A DNA stretch of 64,000 nt from assembly GCA_965644495.1 (NCBI GenBank), contig CBFFSA010000019.1, forward strand, positions 1 to 64,000. Reading direction: 5' to 3'. The position numbers and the translations under genes are program-made. Shown piece after piece: positions 1 through 12,302 of the stretch. Numbering within the stretch: the first letter of the stretch is position 1; the number at the start of each line of letters is the position of its first letter. The DNA comes from Perkinsela sp. CCAP 1560/9 (taxonomy: Eukaryota; Protista; Euglenozoa: Kinetoplastea). The notes below the pieces were generated by a model. That model was not told the origin of the DNA. It was given only the letters and a program-made list of their open reading frames with translations, and did not search any database.

Positions 1-1988
1 TATTCATATTACATGTAATACATGCCTATGTGTTCTATGAAAACTTTTTTTTGTTCATTGAACACGTAGAACGCATTGAACACTTTTTGGGGAGGTACAC
101 ATCCCACGAACATGTTGATTATTTTTCATAAAACTTTTTGTTTTTGCGCATATCCAAGTGATTACACATGCCCTAGCTATGCAGTATAAGAATACCGCGG
201 TATGAGGTTCTCTCTTAGTACGCGTGGCAGCTTTTTTGTACTCGCCGAACGTAATACATTTCTTATTTCAAAATATTTTGTTGCTGTTGTTGTAAAAAAC
301 TATTGTTTCCCTCATTTAGTCAAGCATTATCTACAACCCTCAACAATTTCTAATGAGAGGACGAGGTCCCACAGGAACCTTTCGTGCCCGTCGAAGAAAA
401 ATGGGGAACCACCCCAATCGATTACATGGGGAACCAATTCAAATACACAAATACATCCTATATCCTATAAGACCGACTTAAAGTCGGTTGAAAAACTTAA
501 CACTTTAACCTTGAAGGCTTTCATCTATGACTTCCAAGTTCAGAGCTTATATGTGTCTGATACGGTGCAAACAAACAATATTTTTCCCATAACCTACAAA
601 TAATCCTCAAGGCATTCCAAATTTGCAAAGATACAATTCCATCAATTCTTTCCTTAGTTAGACGGTTTCCCATTACCGCCAGTTCTCGCAACCTTACCTC
701 GAAGCACACTTCGTACCTCAGCTTCGCGCTTGGATGCAGGAATGTCTCGCGCTGGCCCATTTCCAAGGGATTTCATTTTGAGTAAGGCCTTCAAAGACCA
801 TAAAGGCTGTGAATTCTCCTCCGAGTTGTCAGTTGTTTTTCTCCTTTTTGGTATCGGAGGCCGAGCCACTTTCATACGAAACATAAACAATATACCATCG
901 ACCTCACTCTCATACGAAACACTAACCTTTATAAAATGATCACAGACGAATCCAGGGCTTGGGCGCTTAAAAGTTATTCAAAAAGTGTGTTCAAAAATTA
1001 GTAATTTACGAGTGGATTATATTACGGTTAATTTCATTAAGATCAATTTTAGCCAAAAATAACCTTAAAAGCGCAATTAAATCATACCGTAATTAATATA
1101 CTATCCCCCCTATTTACACCCTATGTAATAATTTACACCCTATGTAATAGGGCTACGTGCCACCCCCCTTTAATAGGGCCATTTTGTCTGGAAGGCCGAA
1201 AAATATTTCAGGGAAAGTGCCAAAAATTTGTCGAATGCGCCGCGAAGTGGCGGATTTCTTTTTCCGTATCTACTCCAACAACCACAAGTGTATGAAAAGG
1301 GAGTAGGAGCTTGTTTCACAACGATAAAAAAACGTTACCTCGTTTGCCTTCAGTGAAAAGAGGTACCGTTGCTGAGACTAGAAAAGAATTCATACTACTT
1401 GCAACGGCCCCGGTTCTTGGCAAAGGGGGGCTTCGAATGATGTACTTGCTTATCGGCCCACGATTTTTTAGGGGATATTCAGATATAGAGATGATAATTC
1501 GAAGATCGTAATTTAATAAGACTTATAGCAAAAGCGAATAACAACATGGGGTTAATAAATTGATGAAATCACTAAAAAAATCATGAAAATTATATTCGGG
1601 AAAAATTGAATGGAAAAAATAAATTTTACTGTCTCATACTCACTCTCTTTTCATAGACTTCTTGGGCTTCGCTAGGTTCATTAACAAAGATGTCGACGTC
1701 AATGAGGACGTGCTGCTGAAGAGGGTTTTTATTTATATTCTTCCATGTCTCCCCTTTTTGTGGCTACTATTTTTTTTCGAAAAAAGATAATCAGTAAAAA
1801 TGAGATTGTATGTGTATGTGTGTATATGGGGCAAAGTAAAGCACTTCTGCACAAAGTAAAGCACTTCTGAATGTTTATTGTAGGAGTGGGACAGAAGACG
1901 AACTAATAATGGGAACGCAAAAAGAAAAGCTCCTCATAGTGGGTTCTACGCCACTTTTCCCGAATAAACGATTGCAGAGGGAAGCTAA

Positions 1989-2900
1989 TTACTCATCTCC
2001 CTCCTCGCTGCTTTCTTCCAAGGTGCTGCGCTCTAGAAACAACAAGGACTCAGAATACATGCGAAGGTCCGTAAGAATACGTTTTATACGCGAGCCTCCG
2101 TTCACTAATAGTGCCCCGTTAGCAAGTTCTGCAAACATCTTCATTCTGTTGCAGCGTGTTTCCTCTGTGTGCCCCCGGCGCCCTCCTCGTTGCTTCAACT
2201 CGCGCTTCAAATGGTAGTTCGCACTTTCCACGGTGTTCGTATGAAACCCTGTAGGGCTCGCCTACTCTTTTTTGTGGTTTACAACACCATGACGCCAAGA
2301 CTTACTTATGCATTTACTCGCAGCTTCCCCGTCAGTGTACACTTGCGTGCGCTCGTTTTTGGCAAGGTGACGAACGTGAGCGGTCATGTCTGACGGAGTG
2401 GTGTGCTCCAAATATTTGACATAAATGTCGAGCATCGGATAGTGCAGCCCACCGTCGACGTCCATGACTTCATCGCAATTCACCAATGTGTGGGACCAAG
2501 AGCTTCCGTTCTCCCGCACTCGTTTTCTGTGTCGATGACGAGACCTTTTGATTTGAGACACGCAAGTCTAGTCCTTTTGCATGTATACAACAGTCCCTTC
2601 GGCACGGTCGAAGCGTATATCATACACCATTGCAATGATGCTCTCAAAATAGTTCGTAAATCTCCCTGTTTCTCGAATGATATTCCTCAGTGAGACGGCG
2701 AATGTCAGAGCGTAAATCATTTTTATCGTATTTTTAATGGTGCGCTGAGCACAGTTGCTAATCATCGGTTCTAAAACTCCATAAAGGCCTCGACAGGAAT
2801 CGTTGTCTTGCGTCGGGCACAACCAATAAGTTTCAGTGCGGTCACAGGCCACAGGCTCCTCGTGATACTTTTCCTTGTCACACCATGCCTGCTGTACCAC
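1989..2900 (-). mobile_element. Merlin/IS1595(ISXO2)-like transposase pseudogene
   Basis: Three ORFs (2568-2900, 2262-2561, 1989-2231) lie in one frame, separated by two TAG stops. Motifs VYTDGEAA...VVNHKKE..PTGFHTNTVES match the ISXO2-type TD..VNH..HTN.E signature. Confidence 0.8.
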
Positions 2901-2990
2901 TAGTTTGTGGTTTTTTGCCTGAATTTTTTGATACTAAACCACAGTTATTATTCACATTCAAAAACAGGCACTTTGTGAATAATAAGTGTA

Positions 2991-3856
2991 ATTGCGGTGG
3001 TTGTATAACTACCGCGCTACACTCGATTATTGAAAAAAAAGCGAACAAAAACAGTGAAAATATAAAGAGGAACACAGTAATATAATAGAAGAAAAAAATA
3101 TTAAAGGGGGCTCCGGTGGTCCAAAACTGAAAAAAAAGAAATTGAAAAAAATGGGAGGTCTAGGGGGGGGTCCAAGGGGGGCATACCGCACGAATTATTT
3201 TTTGAAAGAATTATTTTTCGACAAAAAACCGCAGATGGGGTAGCCGGGGTCTTGGCGCGTATTTTCCACCCCCCTACCAGGGGGTGAACCCCCCGCGTAT
3301 CCGCAGGACGGGTCCGCCAAGTTCGGATTTTTTCGGAAAAAAAATGAAAAAAATTTCAACTTGGCGAAAAACAAATTTTTCCAAAATCGTTTCCCCTATT
3401 GTATTTTGACAGTGTGGGACCTATACTAGCTTGCTCGGCCGGTGTTTTCAAAAGGTATCCTTTCTTCGAGCCGTGGTGCGCCCTTCAAAATGACCCATTT
3501 TTGACTAAAAAAGGTGAAAAAGTATTTTTCGGACCCCAAGGGGCCTTTTTGTCTCGAAAGAATGGTGTGGTTGGAGTGGCATTCTCCACCCAATACGTTC
3601 GGTAAGCTTTGGTTCATCCCTACGAGTCATTTCCCACACGCAAACATCAGATTTAGTGCTCTGAGAGCAAAAATATACGAAAATCACCCCATTTTTATCC
3701 GAAAATCGGCTATTTTTGGCTATAATCTTTCCGTTTTCTTCAGCTTTCCTGGCCAATTTTTCTTTTTTAGGCTCTTCTTTAAACGAGGTGGTAGTTTTCA
3801 ACGCGAAGCGCGCAGCATGAGTGACTTCTAAGTTAAAAACAACCACCGCGTTTAAC
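2991..3856 (+). mobile_element. Hairpin-ended non-autonomous element (family A-B), copy 1
   Basis: Left palindrome ATTGCGGTGGTTGTATAACTACCGC and right long hairpin ending AAAACAACCACCGCGTTTAAC. Both ends recur together at 38600-39048, 46166-47710, 52377-53483 and 56711-57222. Confidence 0.7.
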
Positions 3857-4109
3857 TAAGATTGTGAATAATATGTGTAACTGACACTTATTATTCATAA
3901 TTACACTTATTCCCATGCGTCGAGAAAGAGAAATAGGGATCTCGTCGAGGTTAATTACGAAAGAGTAGTCCAAGAGCAGTGACACATCGCTGAAGGGGGT
4001 CGCAGCGTCGCAACTTTTAAGTCTCACGTGACGGTGCAACTTCTTTCCATTTATAATTTTTTTTGGATTCGGATTTATAAAGCTGCTCTCTGCGATGGAC
4101 GGTATACAA

Positions 4110-4477
4110 TCCGTTCCAGGTCGCTCCGGACGGTCACTGGCAAGCCAGACCCTTCACAGACAGATATGGAAGTTTCGAGGCCGACGTCCTCTACCAGTTT
4201 CCGCTTGTCCAAGGTGGCACCAACGTGCTGTTACCAACACGCTGCGTCGATGAATTGTACGTCAACACGGCTCACCCAAGAGGCTTAAGCCGGGTAAGGG
4301 AGCTGGTTCCCTGAGGGGAGGGTCCGGGACGGTCCTCCGAGTACTGAGCCTAGTCGGTCCTTAGCCCAGCCACTTAGAGTGAGGCCGCCAGGAATAATGC
4401 GATGAGCGGGTTTGAACTCGCCATCTGAGCACCATGTGCTTCAATCTTTGAGTTCTTGCCACTCCGCCACCTCCGTC
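4110..4477 (-). mobile_element. Putative tRNA-derived SINE (degenerate tRNA-like head at 4399-4477)
   Basis: Minus strand GGAGGTGGCGGAGTGG (A box) ... GCGAGTTCAAACCCGC (B box/T arm), with a variable-arm-like hairpin AGCAC-ATG-GTGCT. The acceptor stem does not pair. A GC-rich body follows; the 3' boundary is uncertain. Confidence 0.45.
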
Positions 4478-4722
4478 TCCTTCTAAAAGTGAAAATGTTT
4501 TTCTTTTATTTTTCTTTTCTTCACCTGTCTACTTAACATACCTATATCTTGATAACATACCGGGGGGTATGTTAAACGGGTATGTGGTTTAAATCTGGAT
4601 ATGGAAGAAGCTTTTCCAAATACGAAAAACTTCCTTCGAACCTCTCCGGCAATAAACATAGTAACTTTGCAGATTTTCTCCTTGATAGAGCCACGTAAAC
4701 TGCTGAATGAGAAAGCATGCCT

Positions 4723-4940
4723 CTATGGTAGATTAGTATGAATTGTGGCTCCTTGGACTTTAGGTATTATGAACGAGAAACCGCAACCTATTTTCAGTTC
4801 ATAGTCCAAATAGCTTTTTTTGAATTCGGCCGACACTCTGCCGTCAACGGTGGTTGCTGAAATTTCCACAACAGCGAAAGATGAGCAGTCTAAAACTTCT
4901 CCAGGTTTACCTTGTTCCCTCACGTACTTTCCGAAACCAA
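4723..4940 (-). pseudogene. PIF1-like helicase C-terminal fragment (possibly Helitron RepHel)
   Basis: ELKIGCGFSFIIPKVQGATI resembles the SF1B helicase motif 'l.lafa.T.hK.QG.T'. Confidence 0.45.
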
Positions 4941-5148
4941 AACGAATGTGAATAATAAAAAATGTGAATAATAACTGTATTTGTGAATAATAACTGTACT
5001 TGTGAATAATAAAAAATGTGAATAATACCTGTGAGGGAGGTTTAATTATTGAGATCAAATTTGCACGCCCAAAGGATCTCTTTTGGGAAATTTCATTAGG
5101 AAAGCACAAATGAATAAGCAATCGAGTTTTGTATTTCGCACAAAGGCT

Positions 5149-5690
5149 TTACTCCATTGTATCAAGATTGCGCACGATTTCCAAGGTGCTAACAATCGCT
5201 TCTTCACCAGCAGATGAAACTGCTTCATGAGAATTCTCAGAGTCGGGAGAGTCATACAAGAGCGGAGGGCGACACTTTAAAATCTCTTTGTGGAGGCTCA
5301 GTGGGGAAGCGTTCCCAAGAACTTCTTTTGGACGCTCATTTATTTCAAATGCAACGCGGCGCACCTCTTCCTGCGACTGGGCAAGAAACGGGAGCTTTTT
5401 AGGATAATAGTCGCGCACTAGGCCATTAAAATTTTCAACGCCCCCCTTTCTCCCAGCTCGAGTACGGCTTGCAGAAAAAGGAAAAGCTGTCGTACGCCTC
5501 GTTGATTACCTCGTGCTTCGCGAATTCCGTACCATTGTCGTATGTAATGCTTCGCACACGGTACCCTTCAAGAGCTTCAACGATCATGTCAGCCACATGA
5601 TCTGACTTTTTTTTTCAAGTTGACGCAGTATTCCAAATCTACTCTTCCGCTCGATCAGGATTAAGAGATATCTGCTGTGCTTGTTCCCGG
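5149..5690 (-). mobile_element. IS30-family-like transposase, catalytic/C-terminal part (frameshifted)
   Basis: Contains LLILIERKSR, RSITYDNGTEFAKH, GGVENFNGLVRDYYPK and INERPKEVLGNASP, which are typical IS30 DDE and C-terminal motifs. Confidence 0.85.
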
Positions 5691-5895
5691 CTGAGTCCTG
5701 ACCGCGTAATCCCTACTCATTCTGCAATCTCCTGTGACATCTCTCCGTTATTATATAACAATGCGATATGCGACCGATGAGTTGGATTGATGCGTGTGCT
5801 GACTTCCGCCGTCATTCACAGAAACTTGACAAAAAAAAGTATTATGACAGATTAGGGTGGGAGTTTCTATGACACGGCACTAGGCCCATAGCGAT

Positions 5896-6480
5896 TTATA
5901 AAGTGGAAACTATTTGCCACTTTTTTACCTTTTCGCCACCTAGTTCGACGCAGGCCTTCAGTCTACGATCGAAACTTAAGATGGTATTATTTATCATCTC
6001 AGTCGGGAAAGAACTCCATGTATTTAGAATACGCCTTTGCAGTTCGGAAACTGTAGATGGTAGCTTTTCATTTACGTCTTGTTGTGTCATTGACCATATG
6101 TTTTCAATGGGGGAATGATCGGGAGAATTTGGGGGCCGTTTAGTAGCTTAATTTTTCGTTTGTTCAGGTAATTTATGGTGGCCTTGTCCTTATGAGAGGT
6201 GGCACCATCTTGTTGAAATATTCTTTTGCGGGGGTAAATAAACATCTTTTAATGTGTCTATCTACACTGTATGTTTCGTGGGTAATAGAGGTCCCGCTGG
6301 ATAACATTTAAGCATCTCCAGTCAATTCCTATAGCACCCCACACCTGACACTTAGGCGCCCAGCGCGCCTTTAGTCTCTTCGCAGGGGTCTCTCCTTTTT
6401 TTACACATATTTTCATTCTATTATCGTTTGTATCAAACACCTTCTCATCTGAGAATATCAATTTCGAATTGTCCTCTTTG
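5896..6480 (-). mobile_element. Tc1/IS630 transposase pseudogene
   Basis: LIFSDEK, VWGAIG, FQQDGATSH, SPDHSPIENIW and RRLKACVELGG, broken by stops and frameshifts. Confidence 0.9.
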
Positions 6481-6490
6481 TAAAAGGAAA

Positions 6491-7087
6491 CTGTAAAGGT
6501 GGGGTACACCCACTATTGGCAATCACCCACTCTTGGAAATCACCCACTATTGGAAATCACCCACTATTGGCAAATAATTAATTACCTCAAAAATTGTTCA
6601 GATAGAATTTCTAAATGTACATTTCTAGCAACTAATGGATACCTTGAAGGCTGCGGCCATAAAGGAATTAGGTGATAACTCATGTGATATCGGTGTAGAA
6701 GTGTACTCTGACATCGAAAGTGATTTTGCATGCGATTTCAATGATGACGAGAAATGTCACAACGATTTTCCTACTACTTTACACCCCTCAGTAAGAGATC
6801 CCCCAGTAAGAGATCCCCCAGTAAGAGAGATTTGGCTCGTGAGCCCCAACAGGAGGCGTAAAAGTATATGGCGTAGGGGGTGGGCGTCGGGGCCCTTCGG
6901 GGTTTTTCAGTAGAAAAAATAGAACAATTTGCGAAAAGACTTGCGATAAAAGAGAAATTTTGAATGCGTTCGTAAAACCCCTTTGTCCAAGAGTGGGTAA
7001 TCTGACTTAAAAATCACCCACTCTTGGACAAAGGGGGTAAAAATCCCCCACTATTGGAAAAAAAGTTTCCTTTTTGGAGGCCTACAG
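6491..7087. mobile_element. MITE-like insert with subterminal 16-bp repeats
   Basis: Ends CTGTA...TACAG. About four tandem AATCACCCACTATTGG copies on the left and related copies on the right. Truncates the adjacent Tc1 ORF. Confidence 0.5.
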
Positions 7088-7798
7088 AATGATTTTTTCA
7101 TAAATCGACACTAATGTGAAAGTGGTAAAATAGTTTTTAATAAAACTAGCAATTGGTCAGCCCAAAAGTAGCGATTGTATGTCCCTTAAATATATGCCGC
7201 AAACATCAAACAATAAAAATAAGAACAGTAAGAAAAGCAACCCAAACCATTCGCGCAGGTTTCGAACCCGTTTTTGTTTTTTTAAAAATAAACATATTTT
7301 AATATTCTTGTATTTTTTATGAGCTAAAAACAGCGGGAACGGACAGATCTCAAAATTTTGAACGAAAACGTGGTATGATAACCCTACCATGCCCCCTCAT
7401 GGAAACAATACGGGGGGTGACTTTTTGGTAGCCAGGGGTTTATACACACCCCTGTATGTATATTAAACCCCTGTGTGTATATTAAATAGGGGTTTATACA
7501 CACCCCTGCATGTATCTAACAATGTCCCTGACCTATAATGTACAATACACTATGCACAAACGGATCTATACACAAAGCCAGCTAAAAAAGAAAAAGAATA
7601 GACCAGGTATTGCACGAAATTTTTTTACTCATCCTCACTTGAAGGAGTTTCTTGGCTAGCTTCAGAAAATCTGCAGAAACTATCGCTGAGATCATTCATT
7701 ATTTCAATGTTTTCGCATCCGTAGAAATCGCGGATACACTCAAGTATATTAATGAAACGTACCTGCCATGCTTCTTTGCTCTCGGTTTTCTCATACCC

Positions 7799-8806
7799 TT
7801 ACTTCACGCATTGCAAAGCCGCATTGCGGCGCAGATCCATTGACGACATACCATAATTATAGTGCTGTTGCTTTATCCAATGTTTGATTGTCCGGTGCGC
7901 AGCCTCCGCGTGGTTAGTATGGCGCCCTTTTAGAGTCACGAATTCTTTACTGTGATTTACAGTAAAATGGCGGCAGTACTCCCCCAAGTTAATACACACA
8001 AGTTAATATGTATACTACAAGTTAATATGTGTAACCCCGCCACTGTCCGGTGGTCGGCAACCACCACTGAACGTGCGCTCGTTAAATGGGGAGTGATCAA
8101 ACTGAGAAGCGTATTCTGGTCCCTTCGCTTGACCAGCTTACAGTACGTTCTCCCCATTTTCCGGTCATCAATCTCCGTGACGGTGACAAACTTTTCTGAC
8201 TCGCTTTCCACGGTGATACTTTCTTTTCCCGATGAAAGTTTCATCGACTTGCAACTTCGAAAAATTAAAGACCACATTCTCCTGGCGAAAATACAGTAAG
8301 CAACTCTGGAAACCATGTGCAACAGATTAGTTACTGCCCTCTGACGCACTCCACGGTTACGGGCGATTTGTCCAGTCGTCAAATTATGGGCTATACCCGC
8401 CCAGATTAGAAGAAGGGTAAGTGACGCTTGTTCGGCTGCTCAAGTAAGGTTCGTACCGAAAAAACCTTGCCCTACACGCATTGGTGTCCCCCTCCCCAGG
8501 ATGAGTGCGCTAAAAAAAACCGAAGGCTCCCCTTGATCCCCACCATGAACTCCCCCCGTGACGTTTACATTGCGGTTCCGACAAGAGTCCATGGTTTTTC
8601 ATCCAGACCTCAGCCGCTTCCCCTTGAGGAATGTAACGCATGTTGCGCCATAACCGAATGCACGCGAAGCCCTCGCACTCCCGACACACACTATGTGCTT
8701 CGAAGGGAGGAATTGTGCCCTCAGTCCAAGATGGTTCACCTTCACGATTTTCAACACTACTATTGGTGTGAGAAGCTTGTGTTTCCAAGAAAGCCATGAA
8801 GCGCAA
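7799..8806 (-). mobile_element. Merlin/IS1595-like transposase pseudogene, second family
   Basis: HFTVNHSKEFVTLKGRHTNHAE and VKRRDQNTLLSLITPH, with N-terminal WMKNHGLLSEPQC. Frameshifted. Confidence 0.85.
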
Positions 8807-11274
8807 AAAAGTTCCGAAGTATTCCCAGTATCACTGTTGTTGTTCGTTTGAAATAGGATCCGTAAAGGAAAAATGTAGTGTTTTCTACAGGTCAATATTA
8901 TAGAATAAGTACAGAATCCTGCGGAATTTGCAGACTTAGGTTCTCAGCGCGCGGGTCGCCAAAAAATATAACTCTGTCCCAGGGCTACACTCACAGAAAA
9001 ATAACTTTTTACAGTTGGATCTTCTCACAGTTGGGCCTTGCTCGCAGATGTGGGCTACGCCCACAGTTGAGCCTTGGTAGGCGATCTAGGTGACACAGAT
9101 TAGAAATTTTCGGTGAAAAAACATAGCTCAGTGAGAAAATGGGTCGTGTAAAAATTGCTAACCCGTTCGTTGAATCGTTCAACGAACCGACGGCGGTTCG
9201 TAGAATATGCAACGAAGTAGAGACATAGCTCAATGGCCTCTCTTGAATGCCTACCCCATTACTCTGCCTTTGTATTGTAAAGGTTGTATGTACTGTAAAG
9301 GTTGTTTTCTCTTTATTCTTTCATATTTTTGCTTTCTTTCCTTTTTTCCTTCATCTCACCCTTATGCATTTTTGGGGCACTGTGCGTCGTTTCCCCCGTG
9401 GCCGGCGTTGGCCCTGCATTTGTAACCGTAGGTTCTTTGCCTGCATTTAAAGTCGAGGTGCCCAACTTCTCGCAGTTCAAGCATTTTAGCGACTGATATG
9501 CCTCGGATGAGGGTCTCAGTCGTAACCTGTTACTTCGCCCATCTGACGGATCAAGTTTGGTCCCATTGTCAGCTTTCCGGACCGTGTCAGAAGCTTTTGG
9601 ATCGACGAGAGGATCCGTGCTTTTTTGCTAATGGCGTTTCGCACGATTTCGGCTGTGTTTTCCCGAATAGGTGCTGTCCCGAGTAGTTCCATCGTGTGCT
9701 TCTCTCGGTTTTCGTGCACGCCAAGGGATCGTCGTGACGTCCAGCATGCAGGTTACATCAGTTAACCACGACAGTCCCTGGGGAAATCGGGGCTCTGGGT
9801 TCATAAGCAGGGGTGAACGGCAATGCTGTACCACACGAATAAAATCATTCTATTTTTCTTTCTCGGTGTCTTTCGACTTCTCATCCTTTTCACTTGTCTT
9901 TTTCCTTTCCTGGGAGGCCTCTTGAGCTTTCTTTTTTCCCCGAAGGACACATGCAAGAAGAGGGCACCGGAAATACGTTCGTTCTCGTATTTCCTCTCCT
10001 CCATAATTTCCATCACAGTTAGTTTCTCTTTCTCTGGGACCACTTCCCCTATTCCTTCGAGGACGGCTGAGTCGAAATCCAGGCACACAGGCCAGGCACG
10101 GTGCATGGATTTGAAAATCACTAGCCACTTCTTCTTATCAACTACTGTATCTTCATTGTTACATACTTAATTACTGTGCTGAACTCGTCTTGCAAGGCGT
10201 ACAGTAAGCGAGGAGTGTCCGCTTGTGTTTAGATGTACTAAAATTTTACCTCGGGATTATTTTTGGCATTTCACCTAAACTTTCCTTGCACCTTGATTTT
10301 CTCGCTACAAATGCCACGGCGTGCATCGCTGTAATCTCTATTTCCCTCCAACTGCAAAATGTTGTGAGCCTCTCCCACAAGTTCCCTGACTCTCTATTTT
10401 CCTTTTATTTTTGTCTGGCATGATCCACACATTTCTCTCTCGAAAATTATACTCATACTGGCCGTTTGGGTGGGGCTGTTTCATAAGCTCTTGCAGCTTC
10501 CGATAGAGTCAGCCACCCGCGAGCGGAAATCCGCCTGCGATCTCTTCGGGAAATTCCGCCACACATGGTCGGGCGAACGACACCCGAAACAGAGGATACC
10601 AGGTCTAAGATACGCATACTACATACTATGTTGTTCTGAGGACTGTTCTTTGTTCTCAGAACACCGAGAACACCATTCTATGAACCCACTTTACATGAAA
10701 GGTTTCCATGATCTTTGAAAAAAAATTAGAATCATCCAGCGAGCCGTTGTTGCATACGCTTGTTATGGGCGGATCTGGAGAACATGATCCAGTCCCGCGG
10801 ATTTTTATTACCAGAAAGTAGGCGACGCATGCTATCCTGTATGAACGACCTACATGCGACATCTTCATCCGAGTCATTAATTTCACCGAGAAGGCTTTGT
10901 TGCTTCGAAATGCGACTCCCAATATGGCGTATTCATGTCGCAAGTATCCGGGGAATGAGTATGACACGTCATGAGTATGAGTGGAAATGTTTTAAAAAGT
11001 CATTTAAAAGTTTTCTGAATAGGAAAAACTCATGAGAAACATTTGCCAGGCCTTTGACATTTGCCAGGCCGGGGGCACACTTCTGTCCATGGGTGTATAT
11101 TCCTAATACATACATGTATTATATTTACATGTATTATATTTCAATGTACATGTATTCCTTCCACTCCTCCTCGGTAATGCAAAAAATTGGATGCTCGTTA
11201 TTATTTTCTGGACGATAGAGATATATGGGAAAGAGATTGTTGGCGCGTTCCCAAAAACTTGGGGAAGTAATTCC

Positions 11275-11881
11275 TGGATTGTCATACTCAGTGCACCACC
11301 CACAGTTGGTGGTGCAGTTGGCAAGACTTACAGTTTCAGTACAGTTCAGTACAGTTGTGTACGCTACCGCCTGCATCCTTATCCCGTCAGACGAAACGAT
11401 AAATCGTGGAAGTAGACGGGGAGCCCTGTGAACCAACGATTAATGTATGGGCCACTTGTTCTGGGCTATGAAATTTTTTGAGCCGAGCTTTAACTTTTGC
11501 TTCGACGGCTCCGCGAATAATTTGAGGCCTCGTCCCTTTTTTACTCAGGCGATTTCGTGCGACACGATTCGTACGGCCAGCCAAGTAATATTTGCCCCTT
11601 TTCTTGTTTCGTACCAACTCTCAGAAAACAGTGCTGTGGGATTTTTTTATAGAACGGGCAATTTCTCTGCGTGTCGATCCGCTCTCATGCATCGTCTGAA
11701 TGTCTTGCCGCTCCTGAAGAGTTAATCTTCGATATTTAGGCATATAAAGTGCGAGTTTTGATTAGAAAGAAAAGCTACTAATTATGATAAAATATGTACC
11801 TCTCGGTGCACTGAGTATGACAATCCTATAAATTGTGGTGCACTGAGTATAACAATTTGGTGCACTGACATTGACAATCCA
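11275..11881 (-). mobile_element. Internally deleted IS30-like element
   Basis: TIRs TGGATTGTCATACTCAGTGCACC / GGTGCACTGACATTGACAATCCA (three copies at the right end), flanked by a CC direct repeat. ORF from 11743: MPKYRRLTLQERQDI...REIARSIKKSHSTVF*ELVRN...HSPEQVA...STIYR. Confidence 0.85.
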
Positions 11882-12302
11882 CCATTACCGGGTAATTACC
11901 CGACTTACCCTTTCATGTGTGCTCTTTATTCGCATTTCACTTATTTAATCAATGAGTTTTTAAAATTTACCAAGAAGTATGGGTGCAAAGCATTTTGAGC
12001 CGTGGGATTGAACAACAAAAAGAAGTTGGAGACTTCTTCGCCGTATCATACGTCGTGGTCGGACGAACAGTAGAAACTTGTGAATACATAGGCCGCTGAC
12101 CCGCTGACGACTCCGCCGAGTACGTCGTGTACGCCCGAGAAAACTGCTGTCGGTCCGCTAGCTGGTCACTAACGTGGTGATAGAATTTATCATTGGGTCG
12201 GACATCTTTCTGCATTTTCTCATGTATCAATTCAACATCAACGCGACGCGCACGACAATAATCGTCACGTAGTGATTGAACAATAGGCCATTATTCGAGC
12301 TA

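Noticed and set aside
202-940. Short overlapping ORFs at the window start
   Set aside because: No recognisable motif; probably decayed coding or TE sequence.
2262-2570. TAG reassignment suggested by two in-frame TAGs in the Merlin ORF
   Set aside because: Intact genes end in TAA (20003), TGA (25022) and TAG (27995, 30774). Ordinary pseudogene decay explains the stops.
5149-5690. Bacterial origin of the window because of IS30, IS1595 and hslV
   Set aside because: Low gene density, pogo/hAT/Tc1 elements, SL sequences and a presequence on HslV indicate a eukaryote.
6505-6572. Short direct repeats resembling a CRISPR array
   Set aside because: The 16-bp repeats are contiguous with no unique spacers and no cas genes. 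They fit transposon subterminal repeats.
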